A DNA stretch of 64,000 nucleotides, taken from the NCBI GenBank assembly GCA_963422645.2, contig CAXXVO010000004.1, forward strand, positions 32,001 to 96,000, read 5' to 3'. The notes beneath the pieces were generated by a model. It made no database searches. It saw only the letters and a program-made list of their open reading frames with translations, and had not been told where the DNA came from. Origin of the DNA: Alphaproteobacteria bacterium. GTDB lineage: Bacteria; Pseudomonadota; Alphaproteobacteria; UBA828. A program made the position numbers and the translations under genes. Of the stretch, positions 44,177 through 52,120 are shown piece by piece. The stretch's first letter is position 1. The number at the start of each line of letters is the position of its first letter.

Positions 44177-45829
44177 TCAGCCGGGGTCGGTCGCGGGCTC
44201 GAAGTTCCAGGGCAGCAGTTCGTGGATCCGCGATTGCGGATGCCCCGCGGCGATCTTCTCCAGCGTGCTCTTGAGCCAGGCGTAGGGCTCGACGCCGTTC
44301 ATCTTGCAGGTCTCGATCAGCGAGGCGACGCGGCCCCACGCGGCAGCGCCTTCGTCATGGCCCGCGAACAGCGCGTTCTTCGCGGTCAGCTTCACCGGGC
44401 GAATGCGGTTCTCGACGAAGTTCGTGTCGATCTCGACGCGGCCGTCGTACAGGAACGCCAGCAGCCCGTCCCACTGGTTGGCGATGTAGGTCAGCTTCTC
44501 GCCGAGGCGCGAGCGCGGCGAGATCCGCGAGCGCTGCTCGTCGAGCCACACGCCGAAGCCGTTCACGAGCGGCGCCGATTCCGTCCAGCGGATTGCCTGG
44601 CGCGTCGCCGCCGGCTCGCCCCGGATCTTCTCCTCGATCGCATAGAGCCGCGCGATCCGTTGCAGACCGGCCTTCGCGATCGCGGACCCGCTTGAGTCGA
44701 ACACCTCCTTCAGCCCGCGCCTCGCGTGCGCCCAACAGGCGGTGAGCGTCAGCGCCCCGTCCGGCCGGTCCGACCGGCGCAGCCGGTTGTACCCGGAGTA
44801 GCCGTCGATCTGCAGCGTCCCCGAAAAACCCTCGAGAAGCTTCTCGCCATGCTTGCCGCCGCGGCCGGGCGCATAGGAATAGACGACGCCCGGCGGATCC
44901 GCGCCCGACCACGGCCGCTCGTCGCGCACCATCGTCCACATGTAGCCCGTCTTCGTCCTGCCCCGGCCCGGGTCGAGAACCCGAACCGTGGTCTCGTCCA
45001 TGCCCAGCTTCGCCGATGTCTTCAACGCCCTCGCCAGGCAGTCGACCACCGGCCGCAGGTGGAACGAGGCCCGGCCCACCCACGAGGCCAGCGTCGAACG
45101 GTGCAGCTCGACCCCGGAGCGCGCGTAAATCTGAGACTGCCGGTAGAGGGGAAGGTGGTCGCCGTATTTCGAGATCAGCACATGCGCCAGCAGGCCCTCG
45201 GTCGGAAGACCGCCCTCGATCAGCGACGCCGGAGCCGCAGCCTGCACCACCCCGCCGCCCTTGCACCTGTTGCAGGCATAGCGCGGGCGCACCGTCTCGA
45301 TCACCAGGAACCGCGCCGGCACGATGTCGAGCCGTTCGCTGCGGTCCTCGCCGATCTTCGCCATCTCGCCGCAACCGCAAGGGCAGAGCGTGCTCGCCGG
45401 CTCGATCACCTCCACCCGGCGCTCAAGCCGGGCCGGGAACCGTGCCCCGGGGCGCGCCGCCCGCCGCCGGCGGCGGGCCTCGGCCTCCCCGCCCTGTTCG
45501 TCCGCCGCCGGCTCGCCGCCGGCTTCCGCGACCGCCGTCCCAAGATCGTCGAACGACAGCTGCCGCTCGTCCTCGCCCAGCTTCTCCGACTTCCTGCCGA
45601 ACAGCGCCTTGCGAAGCTCGTCATTGAGATGCTCGAGGCGGCGGACCTGCTCCGCGATCTCCGCGTTCTCGGCCTCCAGCCGTGCCGCTAAGGCCTCCGC
45701 CGTCTCCCGTGCCGCCTCCGCCGCCCGGCGTGCGGCCCGTTCCCGCTCCAGAGCCGCGAGCGCCGCCGAAACCACCGCCGGCGGCGGCGAGCCAGCGGTG
45801 GCAGGGGCGATGGGCGTCGCGCTCGGCAT
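44177..45829 (-). CDS. IS66 transposase TnpC
   Basis: LFGRKSEK, KYGDHLPLYRQ, MDETT, CWAHARR, DTNFVENRIR. Confidence 0.95.
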   Translation of the reverse strand: MPSATPIAPATAGSPPPAVVSAALAALERERAARRAAEAARETAEALAARLEAENAEIAEQVRRLEHLNDELRKALFGRKSEKLGEDERQLSFDDLGTAVAEAGGEPAADEQGGEAEARRRRRAARPGARFPARLERRVEVIEPASTLCPCGCGEMAKIGEDRSERLDIVPARFLVIETVRPRYACNRCKGGGVVQAAAPASLIEGGLPTEGLLAHVLISKYGDHLPLYRQSQIYARSGVELHRSTLASWVGRASFHLRPVVDCLARALKTSAKLGMDETTVRVLDPGRGRTKTGYMWTMVRDERPWSGADPPGVVYSYAPGRGGKHGEKLLEGFSGTLQIDGYSGYNRLRRSDRPDGALTLTACWAHARRGLKEVFDSSGSAIAKAGLQRIARLYAIEEKIRGEPAATRQAIRWTESAPLVNGFGVWLDEQRSRISPRSRLGEKLTYIANQWDGLLAFLYDGRVEIDTNFVENRIRPVKLTAKNALFAGHDEGAAAWGRVASLIETCKMNGVEPYAWLKSTLEKIAAGHPQSRIHELLPWNFEPATDPG

Positions 45830-45886
45830 GACCCCGATATGGGGCGAATCGCCGCCCCGGCGCCACCGAATAATCCCGGCCGCGCA

Positions 45887-46237
45887 TCATTCCGCCGCCA
45901 GCGGGCGGCGAACCGGCCGTGCCCGCACGAGGCGCCAGTCCAGACCCTCGAACAACGCCTCGAACTGGCCCTTGCTGAGCCGTATCATCCCGTCCTCGAT
46001 CCCGGGCCAGGCGAAGCGGCCCTGCTCCAGGCGCTTGTAGATCAGAACCAACCCGGTCCCGTCCCACGCCAGCATCTTCAGCCGGTCGCCCCGCTTCGAG
46101 CGGAAGATCACGATCACCCCGGACCAGATGTCCAGGCCGAGCTCGCCCGCCGCCGTCGCCGCAAGCGCGTCGTGGCCGCGGCGAAAATCCACCGGGCGCG
46201 TCGCCACCACGATGCGGACCGACGGATCGGGAAGCAT
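45887..46237 (-). CDS. IS66 accessory protein TnpB
   Basis: PVDFRRGHDAL, DRLKMLAWDGTG, YKRLEQGRFAWP. Confidence 0.93.
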   Translation of the reverse strand: MLPDPSVRIVVATRPVDFRRGHDALAATAAGELGLDIWSGVIVIFRSKRGDRLKMLAWDGTGLVLIYKRLEQGRFAWPGIEDGMIRLSKGQFEALFEGLDWRLVRARPVRRPLAAE

Positions 46238-46485
46238 CACCAGGCCCGCCCAAGCCCCGAGGCGACGGCCACGATCCGCTCCGCCGGGCTGTCCCCGGGA
46301 AGGCGCACCACAACGCCGCATGCCTCGATCGTCACCGCCCGCTCCGACGCCGCATCCTCGACCACAACCGGGACAAAACAGTCATGGTCCCCGCGGTTCT
46401 GAGCCACCCCGTGGCATGAAACAGGAGCGGTTCGGCTGACGTTTTCCTTGCGCTTGCACCCATTTGCCGTGTCAGGATGGGTATT

Positions 46486-46668
46486 GGCGGAGGTGGGGAC
46501 GTGTGAGCGTCGTTATATCGGTGACGTAGTTCCCGATGACAAAACTGCTTCCGGCGGCCGGCTCCGCACCCCGTATTGTACCCGGCCCGTGGCCGTGGAC
46601 GCGCGGCAAATTGCACCGCACCCGCTCGTCGGATGCGTGTTCTTCCGACCGCTGTCCCCGCCTCCACC
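46486..46668 (+). ncRNA. Putative IS110 bridge RNA core
   Basis: 15-bp closing stem (46486-46500 with 46654-46668) encloses target-matching GACAAAA and donor-matching CGGCAAA. Confidence 0.65.
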
Positions 46669-46730
46669 GTGGCGATGCCACGGCGTGATCGTACGCCGCC
46701 GTGGCGAGAGCGCAAATGAGGAGGAAGGCG

Positions 46731-47981
46731 ATGAAGACGGAAGGCTTGCACGTCGTCCGGCCGCGCGCGGCGGGTCTGGACGTGCACAAGATGGAGATCA
46801 CCGCGACGGTTCGCCTCTGTGAGGGCGAGGGTGAGCCGGTGGTGGAGACGCGCTGCTTCGGCACGCTGCCGAGCGGTCTGGAGGAGATGGTCGCGTGGCT
46901 GACCGGTCACGGCGTCGAGGCTGCGGTGATGGAAGGGACCGGGGTCTACTGGCAGGCGCCCTTCGCGGCCCTGGAGGCGGCCGGGCTCGAGGCGATCCTG
47001 GTGCATGCGCGTCAGGTGAAGCAGTTGAAGGGGCGCAAGACCGACGTGGCGGACAGCGTGTGGCTGGCCTGCGTGTGCCAGTTCGGGCTCTGCACGCCTT
47101 CCCACGTTCCGCCTGAGCCGTTCCGGGAGCTGCGCGCACTGAGCCGCCAGCGCCGCGTCCTGGTCAGGCAGCGCTCCGCCGTGCGCAACCGCGTGCAGAA
47201 GATCATCGACCGCGCCGGTGCGCGCATCGGCGGCATCCTCTCCGACGTCTTCGGCGTCAACGGCCGGAAGATCCTCGACGGCCTGGCGCAGGGGACGGCG
47301 CGCGAGGTCATCCTCGCCTCGCTCACCAGCCACGTTGCGAACAAGCTGGAGGGGCTCGGCGAGGCGCTCACCCTGAGCCTGGGCGACAACGACCGCTTCA
47401 TGCTCAACGACCTGCTGGAGGAGCATGACGCGCTTGAGGCGCGCATCGCGTCCTACACCAGGAAGATCGACGGGCAGATGACACCGTGGGAGGAGCAGCT
47501 CCGTCTGCTGACCACCATCCCCGGCATCGACCGCACCGCCGCCTCGACCATCCTCATCGAGATCGGCCCCGACATCGGCGTGTTCGCCTCCAAGGAGCAC
47601 TTCGCCGCCTGGGCCGGGCTCTGCCCCGGCAACAACGAGAGCGGGGGCAAGCGCCGCAACGCACGCACCCGCATGGGCTCCAAGACCCTGCGCGCCTGCC
47701 TCGTCGAGTGTGCCCACGGCGCGGCCCGAACCAAGGGGTGCCAGTTCGAGGCTCATCACCGCGCCCTCGCCGCCCGGCGCGGCTACAAGCGCGCCATCGT
47801 CGCCGGCGCTCACAAGATGCTGCGCATCATCTATGTGGTGCTCAAGACCGGCAGGCCCTACTACGACCGCACGGCCGACTACGACGCTCTGATGGTCAAG
47901 CGCAACGCTCCTCGGTGGATCCGCATGCTCCGCCGCTACGGCTACATCGAGCCCGTAGGCGCGGAACTCAAGGCCGCCTGA
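46731..47981 (+). CDS. IS110-family recombinase
   Basis: GLDVHK, MEGTGVYW, KTDVADS, TIPGI, NNESGGK; GAGGAGG RBS before ATG 46731. Confidence 0.95.
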   Translation: MKTEGLHVVRPRAAGLDVHKMEITATVRLCEGEGEPVVETRCFGTLPSGLEEMVAWLTGHGVEAAVMEGTGVYWQAPFAALEAAGLEAILVHARQVKQLKGRKTDVADSVWLACVCQFGLCTPSHVPPEPFRELRALSRQRRVLVRQRSAVRNRVQKIIDRAGARIGGILSDVFGVNGRKILDGLAQGTAREVILASLTSHVANKLEGLGEALTLSLGDNDRFMLNDLLEEHDALEARIASYTRKIDGQMTPWEEQLRLLTTIPGIDRTAASTILIEIGPDIGVFASKEHFAAWAGLCPGNNESGGKRRNARTRMGSKTLRACLVECAHGAARTKGCQFEAHHRALAARRGYKRAIVAGAHKMLRIIYVVLKTGRPYYDRTADYDALMVKRNAPRWIRMLRRYGYIEPVGAELKAA

Positions 47982-48591
47982 GCGGCCCGCATCTCGTCAG
48001 CCGGCTACGCGGGACCGCTTCGGACCACATCGGGGAAGTCCACCGCTCGTCTCCGCCGCGCCGACCCTGGCGGTCTCAGCCAACGCCGTGACCTCGGGGT
48101 TGGAGCGTCACCGCGCGTCCCTCGCCAGAATCTGTTTCACGGCAAAGGCGGCGCGGCGCCCGCCGTCACCGCCGGGAGAAACCCCTCCCGCGCCCGACGC
48201 CGCCACCGGCTGAGGCTCCACGTGGCGATGCCGTGGCGGGCCGCAACCCCAACCACCGTCGCACCCGGCTCATGGCTCTCCGCGACAATCCGCGCCTGCT
48301 CGGCGCTCGACCAACGACGCCGAGTGACGCGGCGCCCAGAGGCCCGGGCCTCCGGCGCCCCAGCCCCGTCAACCGCACAACCGCCGCCGCCCGCCGTCAA
48401 GCCAAAATCGGTCATCCCGATCCCTCCTCCAAGCCTCGTTGCCAAGGCGTAAAGTCAGACCGAAAAGAAGACCCGGCGAAAGTATGGGGCGCGCTAACCG
48501 CTTACGGTATTCCCGCGCCTTTAGAGGTGTGCAATAGGTTGCCGGCCGCAACGCGGGCGCAGGAAGCGATTCGGCAAGTAGGAGGAGTTCA

Positions 48592-51330
48592 ATGCCTGAC
48601 AAGCGCGCAGGTCGGCGCAGCCGTCGCCGGTCCGGGGCTCCGGCCCCGGTGTTCCGGGGCTGGCTCTCGACCGACGAGGAGGAGATCAAGCGGCGGCAAT
48701 GGCGCGGCCGAACGGAGATCTCGGAAGTCCGCGCCGTCGACGAGGACAACTCGCCCTTCTGCGATTACACGGTGGCCTCCTCCAGCGGGACTTCATACAG
48801 GGTGGAAATCCGCAGCATCGGGGAACGCATCAACACCTGCGGCTGCCGGGACCATCAGACCAACCGGCTCGGCACGTGCAAGCATATCGAAGGCGTGCTG
48901 CGACGTTTGCGGCGTGTAGGTTCGAACAAGTCCAGCGGCCGCATCGAGATATTTCTGGACGAGCGTGACGATCGGACCCTGCGCCTCTCGGTGCCGGACA
49001 GCGTAGCGGGAGAAAACCTCGCGCTGGCGGCTGACGTCGAGAGGCTGTTCGGTGAACTGCAGAAAGGCTCCGGGGACGCCCTTGCGGGATTGCACCGCTT
49101 GGCAGGGGAAGACGCGCGCTCCATGCGCGTTTCGCACCTCCTGGAGAAGTGGGCCGCCGCCCTCCGGACGGAGAGCGAGCACCGACTTGAGCGCGCCCGC
49201 TTCGAGGAGGATCTCAAGGCGGGGCGCCGCTCGATGGACATCCTCAAGCTCCCGCTTCTGCCCTACCAGACCGAGGGGGCTCTGCACCTGGCCTTCGGCG
49301 GGCGTGCGCTGCTGGCGGACGACATGGGCCTCGGCAAGACCGTGCAGGCCATCGCCGCCTGCGCCCTGCTTCGCGAGCTGCGCGGGATCGAACGGGTCCT
49401 CGTCGTCTCGCCCGCCTCGCTCAAGGCGGAGTGGCAGGAGCAGATCGCCCGCTTTTCCGACCTGTCGGCGACCGCGGTTTACGGCAACGTCCCTGCTCGT
49501 CGTGCCGCCTATGCCGAGGGCTCGTTCTTCACTCTGTGCAACTACGAGCAGGTGGTGGCGGACGGCTGCGACATGATCGATGCCGTCGCGCCCGACGTTG
49601 CGATCCTCGACGAGGCGCAGCGCATCAAGAACTGGCAGACCAAGACCGCGAATGCGGTCAAGAAGATGGAGAGCCGGTACGCCTTCGTGCTCACCGGGAC
49701 GCCGATCGAGAACCGGATCGACGAGGTCTATTCGATCGTCCTGTTTCTCGATCCGGAGCTTCTGGGCCCGCTCTTTCGCTTCAACCGGGAGTACTACGTT
49801 CTGGACGACAGGGGCCGTCCTACGGGCTTCAGGAACCTGGAGGGGCTCTCCGACCGGATCTCCAATGTCATGCTCCGCCGCCGCAAGGACGATGTGGAGA
49901 CGCAGCTTCCCGCGCGCACGAGCAAGACCTTCTTCGTTCCGATGACCGAGGCGCAGACCGAGGTCTACGAGGACTACGAGTATCTGGCGAGGAGGCTGGC
50001 CTCGATCGCCGCGCGGCGGCCGCTGACGGCCGAAGAGTTCCAGATGCTGCAAAAGTTTCTCGCCTGCATGCGCATGGTCTGCGACACGCTCCACATCCTG
50101 GGTGCGGAGCAGGACATCTGCCCCAAGATGGAGGAGATCGAGAAGCTGGTGCCCGACATCCTGGACGATCCAGAGTGCAAGATCATCGTCTTCTCCGAGT
50201 GGGTGCGCATGCTGGAGCTGGTTCGCGCGTTTGCGGTCGAGGTCGGCATTGAGTTTGCCTGGCACACGGGCAGCGTCCCGCAGCCCCGACGGCGCGACGA
50301 GATTCGCAGGTTCCGCGAGGACCCGGCCTGCCGCCTGTTCCTGTCCTCGGACTCCGGCAGCGTCGGGCTCAATCTCCAGGTCGCCGATACCGTGATCAAC
50401 ATGGACCAGCCCTGGAACCCCGCCAAGCTGGATCAGCGGATCGCGCGGGCCTGGCGCAAGCACCAGCAGCGCACCGTGAGGGTGTTCAACCTGGTGAGCG
50501 AGGGGACGATCGAGCACAGGATGCTGGGGCTGCTGGACGCAAAGAGGACCTTGGCCGAGGGTGTGCTCGACCGGCGCGGCGACCTTGCCGATATCCCACT
50601 GCCCACGAGCCGGGCGGCGTTCATGGAACGCCTGAACGCCGTCCTGGGCACGGACGAGGCGGAGGCGCCGTCGACGGCCGCAGCTTCGATCTCTCCGCTG
50701 GAAGCGCTGCGGGATCGCCTGATCGCCGACCATGGCGCTGCCTTTCAGCGATTGTTCGGGCACGAGAGCGGGGCGGCGGCACTGGCGGTGATCGACCTGG
50801 CGCCCGAGCGGATGAGCGATGAAGAGGAGCGTCTGGCGGGAGTATCGGAGTTGGCGGTCACGGTAATCGATCCCGCGACCCACGACTCGATGCTGCGGCT
50901 GGCGAAGTCGGGTCTGATTACCTTGCCGACCGACACGATGAGCGCGATCTATCCCATGCCGGGGGAACGAGAGGGCAGGGACGTGAGCGCGGGGCTGCTT
51001 CGGGCCCGGTCGCTGGCAGAACGTGCCGATCACAAGCTCAAGGCGGCGCGGCTGCTGGTCGGCGGGGGCTTCGCCGAGGAAGCGCGCGCGCCGGCCGTCG
51101 ACGCGATCTGCCTGACCACCGGCTGCCTGGCAGCCGTGGCGGCGGAAGCGGAGCCCGAAGGCGCCGACGAGGCGGCCGCCTTTCTGGCCGAGCGGGACCC
51201 GGCAAGCGATCTCGGTGGCGCGACGCTCGACGCGGTGAGAGTCCTCTCCGGCGATGCCGGGGAGACGGATTCTGTCGAAACTGCTACCGCATTCCTGGAC
51301 CAGGTGTCGAAGCGGATTGAGGAGATGTGA
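48592..51330 (+). CDS. SWIM Zn-finger + SNF2 helicase with an extended C-terminus
   Basis: CGCRD..LGTCKHI (SWIM), LADDMGLGKT, LDEAQRIKN, LTGTP, WNPAKLDQRIARAWR; AGGAGG RBS. Confidence 0.92.
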   Translation: MPDKRAGRRSRRRSGAPAPVFRGWLSTDEEEIKRRQWRGRTEISEVRAVDEDNSPFCDYTVASSSGTSYRVEIRSIGERINTCGCRDHQTNRLGTCKHIEGVLRRLRRVGSNKSSGRIEIFLDERDDRTLRLSVPDSVAGENLALAADVERLFGELQKGSGDALAGLHRLAGEDARSMRVSHLLEKWAAALRTESEHRLERARFEEDLKAGRRSMDILKLPLLPYQTEGALHLAFGGRALLADDMGLGKTVQAIAACALLRELRGIERVLVVSPASLKAEWQEQIARFSDLSATAVYGNVPARRAAYAEGSFFTLCNYEQVVADGCDMIDAVAPDVAILDEAQRIKNWQTKTANAVKKMESRYAFVLTGTPIENRIDEVYSIVLFLDPELLGPLFRFNREYYVLDDRGRPTGFRNLEGLSDRISNVMLRRRKDDVETQLPARTSKTFFVPMTEAQTEVYEDYEYLARRLASIAARRPLTAEEFQMLQKFLACMRMVCDTLHILGAEQDICPKMEEIEKLVPDILDDPECKIIVFSEWVRMLELVRAFAVEVGIEFAWHTGSVPQPRRRDEIRRFREDPACRLFLSSDSGSVGLNLQVADTVINMDQPWNPAKLDQRIARAWRKHQQRTVRVFNLVSEGTIEHRMLGLLDAKRTLAEGVLDRRGDLADIPLPTSRAAFMERLNAVLGTDEAEAPSTAAASISPLEALRDRLIADHGAAFQRLFGHESGAAALAVIDLAPERMSDEEERLAGVSELAVTVIDPATHDSMLRLAKSGLITLPTDTMSAIYPMPGEREGRDVSAGLLRARSLAERADHKLKAARLLVGGGFAEEARAPAVDAICLTTGCLAAVAAEAEPEGADEAAAFLAERDPASDLGGATLDAVRVLSGDAGETDSVETATAFLDQVSKRIEEM

Positions 51331-51449
51331 CAACACCGGCAACGCCGCTCAGGGAGGGGTAAACTCCGGACGCGGAGTCACAGCCGAAAACGAGGCGGGC
51401 CTTCGCCGCTGTGCCCTCAAGCGAGAACGCAACCGGCGGGTGCGCCAGT

Positions 51450-51830
51450 GGCTAGTTCCCGCTCTCCCGGATGAGCCGCTCACCCTTGCACAACAGCAGG
51501 CTGGCGATCCCGCCATCGGGATCGAAACATGTCAGCCGCTGCCACGCGGTCTTGGCCCCGGGGCCGGTCTCGCCCAAGCCGCACGCGTAAACAACCTCGA
51601 TCGGGCCGGCGCCGGCGTGCCGGCCGAGAGGCCGTCCGCACGTGCCGTTGCCGGCGCAGGCTCCAGCGCCGAACGCTCCACGTCGAGAGCGCTGGCCTCT
51701 TCGCGCTGCGCCGACATGAGGTCTGCGACGCTGTCGTCCGAGGCGAGAAAGGCGTCTCCTTCACCCCCGGTCCCTTCCTGAGCTGCACCACAGCCGCCGC
51801 AGGACCGTCCGCTACCTCCATCGCTGCCGG
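51450..51830 (-). pseudogene. Degenerate paralogous fragment of the 8547-10640 gene
   Basis: Peptides ADGPAAAVV, ALDV..ALE..A.ADGL, FDPDGGIASL..RLIRES across three frames align with the middle of that protein. Confidence 0.6.
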
Positions 51831-52120
51831 TTGGCCAATCAAAACGGACCATCGGCATTGAACCTGCCCAACCCTTAACATTGGCGCAGGAGTTCTCCCT
51901 TGTGCGGCACGCGGGAACGCCGCACGTGGAACGGCTCTGGAATTGGAGTGCGGGACTTGTAGTCGACCATCCTGGATATCACTATTGGATCGTCATTCGG
52001 TGGTGCTCATAGAGCAGCGCAAGACGGGAGGGCAAGTCAATCGAAGAGTTCTACACGGATATCCGCGATGCGACCGAGTTCGATGAACGGCTGGAAGCTC
52101 TTGCCGGCCTGATCGCCTCG

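Larger units (their letters stand above)
46376..48146 (+). mobile_element. IS110-family element, copy 1 (1771 bp including both AAA cores)
   Basis: Boundaries defined by identity to the inverted copy at 55685-57455 and by restoration of the target reading frame. Confidence 0.93.
46237..48415 (-). pseudogene. IS66 TnpA split by IS110
   Basis: RRRWSSAEQARIVAES..HGIATWSLSRWRR; removing the IS110 restores AAPPFVPVVVE. Confidence 0.85.
44101..48505 (-). mobile_element. Classical three-gene IS66 with IS110 inserted in tnpA
   Basis: Ends GTAAGCGGT/ACCGCTTAC; tnpA-tnpB-tnpC order; no clear TSD. Confidence 0.9.

Noticed and set aside
45887-46237. TnpB as an RNA-guided nuclease
   Set aside because: This is the small IS66 accessory TnpB, unrelated to IS200/IS605 TnpB
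44093-48513. 8-bp TSD for the three-gene IS66
   Set aside because: GGTGCATC vs GGTATTCC match at only 4/8 positions
48793-51342. Long antisense ORFs (also 8373-10346, 26661-28904, 34702-36858, 52037-53647)
   Set aside because: High-GC shadow frames opposite motif-bearing genes
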